In this document: one piece after another, positions 50,201 through 62,269 of the stretch
How positions within the stretch are numbered: position 1 is the first letter of the stretch
Layout: every line of letters starts with the position of its first letter
NCBI GenBank assembly: GCA_038087875.1
Contig: JAXLNO010000126.1
Coordinates: 1-64,000, forward strand
DNA from: Malacoraja senta
Lineage: Eukaryota
Reading direction: 5' to 3'
Length of the DNA stretch: 64,000 nucleotides
Translations under genes and position numbers: made by a program
Notes under the pieces: model-generated
The model's database searches: none
Seen by the model: only the letters and a program-made list of their open reading frames with translations
What the model was told of the DNA's origin: nothing

Positions 50201-52021
50201 CATTTTGAAATGTACATACTTAACACAGGTATTTAGTGAGGTTAAGTCAATGATGATGCGACATCCACCATCTTTTTTGCTTTTGGTAAATATATTTGAG
50301 ACAAATTCCAAAGGTTCATGTTTGGATTTCTCAATGACACCCTTTGTAAGTAACCTCACCAGTTCTGCTTGAGCCTCTAGTTCTCTTTGACTGAGAGGGT
50401 AAAGACCCTTTGGGGTACGTGCTGAACTGGTGGCATGTTTTCTTGAATGAACTCTATTTTGTATCCCCGAATACTGTTAAGTATATAACTATCATTCGTG
50501 AGACACCTCCTGTTAGTACAGTTCCCCCACTTTTACATGCTGGTAGGAACCAGACCCACCTACCTCCATAGTTATGGTAGTGTTCCTTTCTTCCGTTTGT
50601 TCATCCGTTGTTATACTGCTGGATGTACTGCTGATGTACCGCTGATTGGGGGTGGCGCATTTTCCATGGGGTCCGCTCTGGGCCCTGGCCTAAAAAGGCT
50701 TTCGGGGATAGTATGCGGACCCCGAGCTTTCACCAGTTCCATAAATTTGACCTTGACTGGTGGACGCGGTGGGGTACTGCCGTCTGGTTTTTTGTGTGGG
50801 TCTGCTCGTTCCGGGGCCTGCCCTCATGAGGCCAAATGCTTTGGACTCTTCCTCCAGGTCTTTCACTTGTCCTTCCAAATAACAGGATCTGCGGCTCTGA
50901 GGCCGGTGTTTACACTGTCCTGCAAACCTGGGATTGAGGGCAGGTCTTATTCTCTCCTTGTGGAGGTTGTTTATCTCCTATTGGGTGTTGCACAGCAGAG
51001 CCAGAGTGTCTTGCTGGTTTGTGGTCATATCCACCCCATCCACGGAACGAGCATAGGCTGTTATCCCTGTCGTCAGGAGCTTGAGGATTTTAGCTCCTGG
51101 TTCCGGATACTCTGTCCCCCCCCAGATTTGGCTGTTAACAGCCGGTACATTGAGCGAACTGCAGTTTTCCAGCTCTAGTCTCATTAAGTACCTGTCTTGT
51201 AGGGGTTTGAAGGACAGGTGGTTGATGCTGGCCGCCGGTTTTGGCTCCAATGGCCGCCCTGCTCGTGGTGTAACCACGTAGCGAATCTCCACACCCAGCA
51301 GCTCTTCCTGATCCTGTACCCCAAGCGTACTCCCGACATCTTCAGCCAATGACCCCTGTTCCTGACCAGCCCAGCCCTGGTCGCCAACGCTGCCCTGCTT
51401 TGAGGGGAAAGCGATGGCCAGTGCATTGTAGAGCACTGCTGTGGGAGTGCCTGATCCCCCTGACGAGACTGCTCCAGTTCCTGAAGCAAGTCTCGCTGGA
51501 GCAGTTGCTCCATGAGCCTTTCCATTCGGCTCAGGCAGCTAGCTCTGCCGCTCTAAGGCGGACCCTCCTCATCGGAGTCAGACATAACCGGCCGGTTTTT
51601 TATTTTTTATTTTTTTAAACTTTTCCTCCAGCCCGCTGCCACTCATCAGGCTGCGCTAGCGGGACTGGGCTCGGCTCGGTCTCGATGAGGGTGTGCCGCA
51701 GCATATGCGGTCCAGGTGCCGCCTCTCGCCCCCCCCTGATGGAACACTCCCGTTCTGTTGGAGTCGAACGGGGGGAGGTTTTCTTCCTTTGCCGTGCTGC
51801 TCATTTTCCCAGTTCCCCTGGAATACAGAGCCGAGCACAGCTTGCTGATTACGACCTTAGAGTAAGACTTACCTGATGGTCCGCTGTTTATTTTCCACCG
51901 ACGTGTAGCGGGAGGGCCTGTACTCCCGGTCGTCGCTGTTGCACTGCGTGAACGCTAATGTGTCGCGCATGCGTGCTGGACGGGCTCTTCACGTAGTCAC
52001 TCACGTGACTCCAAAGTAAAA
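47241..52021 (-). mobile_element. Full-length DIRS1-like retrotransposon (gag, RT, RNase H, methyltransferase-like, tyrosine recombinase), disabled
   Basis: ITRs at both ends and ICR at 47461-47572. Motifs SIDLKDAYYS, MA*LDD, QTDASAQGWG, INYLEM, IDLFASRLN, YAFPPF and HSTRAASTS. Confidence 0.95.
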
Positions 52022-52172
52022 TTATCTGTGTGTTATTGTGTTAACAGGTCTGTTAAGCTGCAGCAAGTAAGAAATTAATAATTTCAAAGCCAAACACTTT
52101 TGACTCCCTTGAGTCTTAAGCAAATGTCATGAATTTACTGTTAAAGACTCCCACTGCAATCCTTAGTATTAT

Positions 52173-53074
52173 AGATACATAGATACATAGAAAATAGGTG
52201 CAGGAGTAGACCATTCGGCCCTTCGAGCCTGCACCGCCATTCAATATGATCATGGCTGATCATCCAACTCAGTATCCCGTACCTGCCTTCTCTCCATACC
52301 CCCTGATCCCTTTAGCCACAAGGGCCACATCTAACTCCCTCTTAAATATAGCCAATGAACTGGCCTCAACTACCCTCTGTGGCAGAGAGTTCCAGAGATT
52401 CACCACTCTCTGTGTGAAAAAGTTTTTACTCATCTTGGTCTTAAAGGATTTCCCCCTTATCCTTAAGCTGTGACCCCTTATCCTGGACTTCCTCAACATC
52501 GGGAACAATCTTCCTGCATCTAGCCTGTCCAACCCCATAAGAATTTTGTACATTTCTATAAGATCCCCTCTCAATCTCCTAAATTCTAGCGAGTATAAGC
52601 CAAGTCTATCCAGTCTTTCTTCATATGAATGTCCTGACATCCCAGGAATCAGTCTGGTGAACCTTCTCTGCACTCCCGCTATGGCGATAATGTCCTTCCT
52701 CAGATTTGGAGACCAAAACTGTACGCAATACTCCAGGTGTGGTCTCACCAAGACCCTGTACAACTGCAGTAGAACCTCCCTGCTCCTATACTCAAATCCT
52801 TTTGCTATGAAAGCTAACATACCATTCGCTTTCTTCACTGCCTGCTGCACCTGCATGCCTACTTTCAATGACTGGTGTACCATGACACCCAGGTCTCGCT
52901 GCATCTCCCCTTTTCCTAATCGGCCACCATTTAGATAATAGTCTGTTTCCTGTTTTTGCCACCAAAGTGGATAACCTCACATTTATCCACATTATACTGC
53001 ACCTGCCAAAGATTTGCCCACTCATCCAGCCTATCCAAGTCACCTTGCAGTCTCCTAGCATCCTCCTCACAGCT
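52173..53074 (-). mobile_element. CR1 3' portion, right half of the copy broken at 43256
   Basis: Begins AGCTGTGAGGAGGATGC, which continues exactly where 42815-43256 stops. Confidence 0.92.
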
Positions 53075-53998
53075 GGGCAGAAGCTGCTCCTGAACTTGGT
53101 TGCCACGGTTCTCAGGCTCCAGTAACTTCTTCTCAATGGTGGTAGTAGTGAAATTAAAGTGTGGCTAGGATGGTTTAAGTCATTAATGATATTTGCTGCT
53201 TTCTTGAGGCAGTGCCTTTTGATGGTGAAGAGGTTAGTATCCATGATGGACTGGGCAATGTCTACAACTCTCTTCAGTCTCATTTGTTCTTGGGCATTAA
53301 AGTTGCCAATCCAGTCAATGATACAACTAGTCAGTGTGTTCTCTACTGTACATTTGTAGGAGTTCAATGGAGCACTGCCAGTGTGCAAACCATAGCCTTA
53401 GTAAAGTCCATCTTGTTTCATTCAAACTAATAGAATGCAATTATACCCTACAAACTGAGTTTGTGGTTTTAATCTGCCCTGCAGAATTTACAGAAACCAG
53501 ATATTGGCTTATATTTATAATCCATGATCTCAAACATTTATTTCGCACCCAACAGTTATCCTTACATGGAACTCTTGTAATAAAGGAAGAGATTAACAGA
53601 TTCTCATTGTTGATCAAAGAATGTGGCAGAAATGGGGATTATAATACTTTGTTCTGTGTTCTATGTTATTTAGTTTGTTTTCTCTGAACCTCAGAGGCAT
53701 AAAGTCCGTATTACAGACTCATTGAACCCACAGCTCTTTAAAGAAAAGATGGACCTCATCTAATGACAATTCTGAAGGATATAGTTTTTTATCTTTTACC
53801 CTCTTTAGTTTTACTCTGGACCTGGTTCCAAGATAGAGATTTTATTTTGTCTTCTTACCAACATAACTGAGAAAGTGGAATCCCTTTAATACACAGAGTA
53901 ACTTTTAAAGATTGCCATGAAAGAACGTTTGGTCAGTCAAGAATTCCCAACTTGGAGATTGCTTCCTGTGTTTTGAATCTTTGCTATATTGACTGTTG

Positions 53999-56900
53999 TT
54001 TTACTTCGGAGTCACGTGAGTGACTACGTGAAGAACCCCGTCAGGGCGCATGCGCGTCATTACGTCTGACGCATTGGCGACAACGGCAGCAGGAGGACGG
54101 ACCTCCTGCTGCAGGTGAGTAATTACAGCTCCACCAAAGTCGGGGAGACTTTGGAGGAGTTAGAGAAAAGTAAAGAAAGTGTTTCTGTGTGTTTTCCCCC
54201 ACATACAGGAACAAGGAAAAGGTGCAGGCTGCTGCCGACAAGGAGAAAGAGAGCTGCGGGAGCGCAGTCTCTGAAAGGCAGCCTGTCACCTCGGGGGAGT
54301 CGCAAGCCGGTAGCGGTGCGGCGACAGACTTGGCAAAGTGCCCAGCCGGGTACACAGCCAATGCCAGTCGGGCGGTCGGCATAAGCCAAGTCTGTCAGGG
54401 CTATAGACTCCGCAGAGTAGGGCCACGAGAGTCCCGTCGGGGACAGGATACCGTTCCCCAGCGGTTATCCAAAAGGAGCAGCTCATACAGGGGCTGCTCC
54501 ACAGAGACGCTCCAGGAGGAGTAGTGCTGGAGGGAAGCCATAGAGAAGGCTCCGCTGGCAGTGCCTAGGAGAGGTTCTGCTTCATAAAGCCACACTCCAG
54601 GAGGAGTAGTGCAGGCGGGAAGCCTTAGGGAAGGCTCCGCTGGCAGTGCCTAGGAGAGGTCTGCTTCATAAAGCCATACTCCAGGAGGAGTTGTGCAGGC
54701 GGGAGGCCGTGGGGACGGCTCCGCTGGCAGTGCCTAGTAGAGGCCTGCTTGAAAGCACCCTCTTTGCAAGAGGTGAGTGCAGAAGGGCAGATACGCTCTG
54801 ACCCTGAGTCCGACGACTTCCAAAGGGAGGGCAGGCAGCTGTCAGAGCTGACACCGTGTGCAGCACGGTTTGCCATGTCGTCGGACGCTGGTGAGGCTCT
54901 GGGTGAGGAACTTGCCACCAGCATAAATTACCAAGTCTCACATCAGCTACAGGAGCTGACAATGGATGAGACAGTAACGAAGTATGAAGCCCCAATCAAC
55001 TGTGGACTGTTAAAAGTTCCTGTTGGGAACAGGAAGAATTGGGGCAAGATGGGCATACTAATGAAAGCCCAGGAGCATGTGAAGCTCCAGCATATTTTTA
55101 AAGTTGCTGGCAGGATGGAGAGGCCATGACAAATTACAACAAAAGGCGATTAGACCAACCATCAATGCTAAATATGCTTCACTCTGCCAGCCTGGCACAG
55201 TGCAACCGGCACAGCTGTTTGGCGAGGATTTCGCACAGCAGGTGAAGGAGCTGGAGGAGGAGGCTAAGACGGCAGCCACATATTCACCAAAGCGGAAGTA
55301 TCCCTATAAGGGAGCAGACTGGTCCGGGCAAGGGACTAGTCCAGCTACGATGCAGCGCAGTTGGCGTTCGGCTGAAGCACCGCCATGGAGGTGAGATATC
55401 CAGCTCAAGGCCGGGGAAGAATGCCAGGTGATAAGGAGGTAAGAGGGTCTGGTTCTCATGTAGACAGATCTAATGTGATACAATTAAATGTTTACCTCAG
55501 TTTATACTGAAGGTTATTCAAGGGCATCAAATAAAGCTTAATGCAAATTCTCATTTACCCATGCAACATGTTCCAAAAAAGGAGTTTGACTTCAGTATCA
55601 CTGAACAATTGGAAGTTCAGCTGGAACTTGCAAGCTTATGTAATAAAGGTGTAATTGCTAAGGCAGTTTACCAAAGCCATCAGTTTGTGTCCAATATCTT
55701 TCCCAGACCAAAAAAGGATGGGGGGATGCAGAATTATACAGACCTGAATAGTCTTAACCCTTTTGTACGGTATAGACATTTTAAGATGGAAACGTTTGTG
55801 AAGGAGATCTTAAAGATGCGGATTCAGTGTCTGTTCATTTGCAGGATAGAAGATTTAAAATTCAGCTGGATGGGGCAATTATGCCTATACAATCCACTGC
55901 CTAATGGTTTCTCTTCAGCTCCTAGAGGGATTACAAAGTTGTTAAAACCTATTCTAGGCATGATGAGAAGTCAAGGTCATGTGTTCATGGCTTAACTAGA
56001 TAATATCTTGATTGTAGGACAATCAAAGGAAACAGCTGAAGCATCAGTGGCAGTTGGTAAAAACCATTTTTTAATTGGGCTTTATAAGCTATCCAGAGAA
56101 ATCTTAATTTATACCTGTGACACAAATTGACTAGTTGGGTTCACAATGGACTTAATCAACATCATTGTGACCTTGCCCAGGCAAAAAAGGGTAGAGCTAA
56201 TTAAGAGCTATATCAAGTTAATTGCTAACACACAGCCTTCAATTAGCCAGGTGACAAGTCTGCTGTGGTAATGGCTGGCAGCATTTCCAGCAGTTCAATA
56301 TGGCCACTTTATTATCTACAATTACAAAGGTCAAAGGAACAAGCATTGAGGATACATTGGGGTCATTATAATAGACCTATGCTTCTATCAATAGAGGCTG
56401 TTGCTGATGTACAATGGTGGATTCAGCATGTGTCCACTAGTAGTTCCAAAGTGTTATTGGACCAAGCTTCCATCATTTGCAGACAGATGTCAGAGCACTT
56501 GGGTAGGGTGCTACTGATACAAGATCCAGCGGTGGAGACAGATGAACATTGCTTCTGCAAACATGGGGAATTAACCAGGAGTATTTTATGGACTCGAGGC
56601 TTATGGCACTAACTAAACTAGTTTGCATGTGCAGTGCAAAATAGACAACACTACAGCAGTTGCTGATATGAATCACATGGGTGGAATCAAATCGTTATCA
56701 TGTGACAGGTTGGCAAATACAATTGGACCTGGAGTAGGGATAGAGAGATTTGGATTGGAGCTATCTATCTCCCAGGGAAACTTAATGTAGTACCAGATAG
56801 CAGCTCACGAAAATTCCATCATAACACAGAGTGGATGTGGAACCAGGATGTGTTCAAGAACATAGTACCTCTATATGGAAGGCCAAAATATGTTTCATAG

Positions 56901-58737
56901 GCACCAGATCCAGGGGCAATGACAATTGATGCTTTTTCACTAATTGGGATGATATGTTTGTGTACATTTTCCCACCATTCTGCCTCATAGGTCGGTGTTT
57001 GAGAAAATCAAGCAGGATGCCGCTTCAGGGGTTTTGGTGATACCAAATTGCCTGATTCAACCATGGTTTCCTTTGATGTTACAGATAGCGATCCAACATC
57101 TTTTTGCTGATTCCAAACAGTAGGAATTTGCTGAAGCATCCAGTAACGCATTAAGTTCATCCGTTATGTGATGGTATGGATCTGTTAATTTGCAGGTTTT
57201 AAGAATGCCTTACATTGGTCGAGGACTTTCTAGGCCAACGGTGGATATACTCACTGCAGTCTGGAGAAACAGTACTCAAAAACAGTATATGACTTATGAA
57301 AAAAAAAAAAAAAATGGGAACAATATTGTGTTCAAAAGAATATTCAATATGATACTGTAGTTATTGAAAATGTGTTAGAGTTTATCTACACTTTATTATG
57401 ATGAGGGTCTTAGCTATACTGCTATCAATACAGCTAGAAGTGCTTGGTCGGCATATCTTGTAATAGGTACACGGACACAAAGTATAGGTTCTCACCCTCT
57501 CATATCTAGGTTGATGAAAGGAATCTTTAATTCCAAACTGCCTAAGCCTAGGTATATGGTAATCTGCGAGGTAAGTGTTGTTTGTAACATACTTCGTCAT
57601 TGGGTTCCTGTCACGTCTATAACTTTGTTAAAATTAACCATGAAATTGGCTATGCTAATGGCATTAGTGTCAGTACAGAGAGTGCAGACTTTCCAAAAAC
57701 TTCACTTCGAGAGAATGGAAGTGAATACAGAGAATGTTCTGTTTTATATTTCTGACCTGCTCAAACAAAGCAGGCCAGGTGTGATGGGTTTTAAGATTGT
57801 GTTCTCAGCATATCCTACAGCTCCATGTTTATGTGTAAGGACACATTTGTTACATTACATTGAAGCCACAAGGGCTTTAAGACAAGAAGAAACAGGATTA
57901 TTTCTCAGTTACAAGAAGCCAACATAAAAGAGTGGCAGTTCAGACTATCTCAAGGTGGTTAAAGCAAGAGTTGGTTCAGGCAGGAATTAACATTTATGTG
58001 TTTACATCTCATTCCACTAGCGCAGTAGCAACATCTGCGGCCAGGGCGATGGACATTCCCATCGACCATATATTAAAAGCCGCAGGTTGGAAAAATGAAC
58101 TTGTGTTTCAGCAATACTACCATCGGCCGATTGCCGATGGAGGGCTGTTTGCCAACTCAATATTGAGTGCTGTTGCTATTGTTTAAAGTCTGTTTTCAAT
58201 ACTGTTTCATTCTGTTTCGTTTGTTGCCCAACATTAAGAGGGTTTATTGGTTGTTTTATGACCAAAAATAAAACTGTTTTGTTTTTGCATGATATGCAAT
58301 GTCATGTTTACAGCATTATTGATGATACTCAGTCAATCGATGCAGTGAGAAGCCGGGATTTTGATCTGCGGCATAAAAATCACAGAGCTTTAAAATCTTC
58401 ACGTAGTCACTCACGTGACTCCGAAGTAAAATAGTAAGATTAAACGAGAACTTACCAGTTTGAAGTTTGATCTTTATTTTATGAGGAGGTACGTTGGTGA
58501 TGACGTGCCCGCCACGCCCAACCCTCTCTCATAGAAAAAAGGTCATAATGGTAGTTCTCATGTTGATCATCTTAATATGTTACTTCAATTATGGTGTTGT
58601 CTGTGTTTCATACCGCTGCTTTGAAGATTGACGCGCATGTGCCCTGACGGGTCTTCTTCTTCACGTAATCACCAACGTAACTCCTCATAAAATAAAGATC
58701 AAACTTCAAACTGGTAAGTTCTCGTTTAATCTTACTA
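53999..58737 (+). mobile_element. Full-length DIRS1-like retrotransposon, disabled
   Basis: Left ITR at 53999, ICR at 58395-58507, right extension ending CTTACTA. RT (FVSNIFPRPKKDGG, HFKMET, MA*LDN), RNase H (IDNTTAV), FPPF and tyrosine recombinase ORFs 57511-58186. Confidence 0.95.
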
Positions 58738-58744
58738 TTCTGCT

Positions 58745-59110
58745 CCACATTCACAGGCTGGGCTCTGACGGAGCCCCCATCTCCACATGCCAACTCCAGT
58801 ACAAAGTCTGTAGAGATTCACCCATGCTCCTCTGGGGAGCTAAGACCCTGGACAGCTTTTATCTGGTGAAGAGATGTCACTGTGTAATGGAGATGAGGTT
58901 GCCTTCCACTCCTGTGACCACTTGGTGGCTATCCAGTGTGCTTTTGTCTCAGTTGGCTGGATGGATGTTAGGAGTAGTTTTCCATGTGGAGCAAAGAGGT
59001 GACTGGATGTCAGTCGGGCTCCCACTGCTCTCTACTGATAGCCTGATAGAGGAGATGAGCTGCTTCGATGGCACGACGAGGTAGTGCCAGAGTTGCGGCT
59101 TGCCTTCGGA
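58745..59110 (-). mobile_element. Ingi/Vingi-like non-LTR retrotransposon C-terminal fragment
   Basis: Translates PGS*LPRGAWVNLYRLCTGVG, resembling the PGxxLPRxxWxxLNRLRTGxG motif as I recall it. Confidence 0.45.
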
Positions 59111-59681
59111 TCCCTGCAGGCAGAATGCCTACAAGTAGAGGGAGCTGTCACATGCAGTGACAGTGAGGACTGACACATAATACTTCAAACATTAATAAAA
59201 ACACATCATCGATTAAACATGTGAATGAAATAAAATAAAGAGCAAAAGGAGGCTACAGATTTTTGGTTATTGAGTAGAGCTACTACTCGTGGAAGAACAA
59301 AACACACAATGAACACAATTTACACAAATATCCATCACAGTGACTCTCCCTCATTCAGCTCCTCACTGTGATGGAAGGTAAAACAAGTTTTATCACTTAC
59401 TTGCTTCTTCTCTCGCGGTCAGGCAGTCAAAACTGCTGCATTGAGGCGATCGAGGCTCCCGATGTTGAAGCTCCCGCCGGGCGATTGGAGACCCCGCAGT
59501 TGATTTTAAGCCGCGCGGTGCGATCTCTGTGAATTGGACAGGAGTCTGGTGAAGGATGATTGTGCACTGACATAGGAAATGCTAAAGAGATATGGGCTGC
59601 TGGACACAACATGCTGAGCCTGACACACAATACAAAGTAATCATCAGGGTTTGTGCTGTTCACATCAGCATCAATACTCAC

Positions 59682-59762
59682 TGTTGTAATGTGCTCTGTA
59701 AATTGGTGCAGCTGCAATGAACATTGACAGGACTCCATACACCAGGAAAACATAACGATGTT
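59682..59762 (-). CDS. Candidate hydrophobic (transmembrane) exon of a second membrane-protein gene
   Basis: TCTCTTTGACAG| acceptor and |GTGAGT donor; 81 nt, phase 1-1; (K)HRYVFLVYGVLSMFIAAAPIYRAHYN. Confidence 0.55.
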
Positions 59763-60464
59763 CTGTCAAAGAGATTCCATTAGAGGCCGTGACGCAGGTA
59801 GATGCACGAGCATGTACATATACCCCACAACCCAAAACATATTTCACTGTTACTTCAGTAATGGATCTTTATGAATTTCTGTGCATTTGTCTGTTTATTG
59901 TTGTCATTCCACTGACATATAGTCATAGAATCACTGAAACAACCCCATCAGCACACCACGGCCATGCCTGTCTTTTGGCCCAAATACTCTCATCCAATTT
60001 GATGCCTATTAATTTTGAATGCTTCTATGCCTCACCTACTTAAGTGCATCGTGTCGGAGAAAGTGAATGAAAACGGATAAAGCATTAGTGCTGCCGTAGT
60101 GGGATAGTACGTTGGAGGCACAAGAGACTGTAGATGCTGGAATCAGGAGCAACAAAACAAAATTGCTGGATGAACTCAGAGAATCAATCGACAGTTGATG
60201 TTTTGGGGTGAGGATCAACTGGATTACAAGTTGGCCTTGCTCTGGATAAAACTGTAAATGTAATGCATATTGATGCAGATTTCCACGATATTGTGCACGC
60301 CCTCTGTAGGAGGCCAACCCAGAGGACAATTGTAAATGATTGGAACTCATCTGGCTTGGACTTCCAGCGGTGGAGTGGATGTCCATCCCTCCCAGATCAC
60401 CCTACTGCAATATTCAGCCTACTATGCAATATTACAATAATCATCAGATCTACTCTGGAGAAAG

Positions 60465-61690
60465 ACAAGAACAGGGATGTAATGCTGAGGCGCTATAAGG
60501 CGCTGGTCAGGCTGCATTTGGAGTATTGTGAACAATTTTGGGCACCAGATTGGAGGAAGGGTGTACTGGCTCTGGAGATGGTCAAGAGGAGCTTTACAAG
60601 CATCATCCCAGAAATGAGTGGGTTAACCTATGATGTGCGTTTGACAGCACTGGGCCTGCACTCGCTGGAGTTTAGAAGGATGAGGGGGACCTCATTGAAA
60701 CGTATCGAGTAGTGAAAGGCTTGGATTGAGTGGGTGTGGAGAGGAATTATTCACTAGAGTGTGTCTAGGATTAGTGGTCATCGCCTCAGGGTTAAAGGAT
60801 GTTCCTTTAAGAAGGAGGTGAGGAGGAATTTATTTTGTCATAGGGTGGTGAATCTGTGGAATCCTTTGCCACAGAAGGCCATGGAAACCAAGTCAGTGGA
60901 TGTTTTTAATGCAGCGATAGATAGATTCTTGGTTTGTACGATTTCAGAGGTTATGGGGAGAAGGCAGGAGAATGGAGTTAGGAGGGAGAGATAAATCAGC
61001 CATGATTGAATGACAGAGTAGACTTGAGGGGCCGAATGGTCTAATTCTGCTCCTATCATAGAAACATAGAAACATTGAAAATAGGTGCAGGTGGAGGCCT
61101 TTCGGCCCTTCGAGCCAGAATCACCATTCATTGTGATCATGGCTGATCGTCCCCAATCAATAACCCGTGCCTTCTCCCCATATCCATTGATTCCACCAGC
61201 ACCTAGAGCTCTATCTAACTCTCTCTTAAATCCATCCAGTGATTTGGCCTCCACTGCCCTCTGTGGCAGGGAATTCCACAAATTCACAACTCTCTAGGTG
61301 AAAACGTTTTTTCTCACCTCAGTCTTAAATGGCCTCCCCTTTATTCTAAGACTGTGACCCCTGGTTCTGGACTCGCCCAACATTGGGAACATTTTTCCTG
61401 CATCTAGCTTGTCCAGTCCTTTTTATAATTTTATATGTTTTCCAGAAGATTAGTCATGCATGATTTCTCTTTCATAAATCCATGTTGACTTGGAATAATC
61501 CTTTTACTGCTATTCAAATGCCCCATTATTACCTCTTTAATAATTGACTCCAGCATATTTCGCACCACCGAAGTCAGGCTAACAGGTCTGTAATTCCCCG
61601 GTTTCCCTCTCGCTCCTTTCTTGAAACGTGGGTTAACATTAGCAATCCTCCAATCCACAGGAACTGATCCTGAATCTATTGAACATTGGA
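60465..61690. mobile_element. Two CR1 fragments tail to tail (+ 60465-61056, - 61057-61690)
   Basis: LEYCEQFWAP, VVNLWN and [11 protein letters not shown] motifs. Confidence 0.85.
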
Positions 61691-62004
61691 TATCACATGA
61701 CCTTATGAACAGCTTCATTGGAACTGTCCTCAACATCCTACTGACCACACATCATCCTGTCTTGCAGATTTATTGCTCAATGTTTGACATTGGTGATGCA
61801 CAATATCTTAATATGAGTGATCAAAATAATAAAATCCAAGGGTTTTTTCAAACTCGTATAGGTAATTAAATATTTCATCCAAGAACAATGATATCGTCCA
61901 AAATGTTGGGCTCCTGCCTGCAATTTCAGAAGCAGAATATTCCAACATGATACATGTTGGAGAAGAGTATCCAAAAATATTCAAACATAATTGTTTAAAC
62001 TTAC

Positions 62005-62133
62005 TCCTCTTAATCAAAAACGATCTTTGGAGTTTTGTTTCTGGATGCAAGTAAACCACGAGAATATAAACGATCATTGCTACCACCATTAAAATTCCAA
62101 AGCCTTCGATAATCCTGTACGTGATGAGAAACT
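62005..62133 (-). CDS. Candidate transmembrane exon of the second membrane-protein gene
   Basis: TTTCCTCTTCTAG| acceptor and |GTAAGT donor; 129 nt, phase 1-1; xFLITYRIIEGFGILMVVAMIVYILVVYLHPETKLQRSFLIKR. Confidence 0.65.
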
Positions 62134-62269
62134 CTAGAAGAGGAAATCAAAACGCGTGCGAAAAAATATGAACTACATGTCAGAACAGAGTTTGCTTTTC
62201 AAGATCAACGCATCGCAGTTGTTTCAGCTCTTTCCTGATATTGAGCATGAAATGGGACGGATATGAGAA

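Noticed and set aside
53412..53998. Micro-exon candidates in unique sequence
   Set aside because: They are only 8-43 nt and ambiguous, and cannot be told from chance AG/GT pairs.
60215..60305. Possible exon after a CCTACAG acceptor between the two TM exons
   Set aside because: The phase-1 frame reaches a stop and there is no compatible donor.
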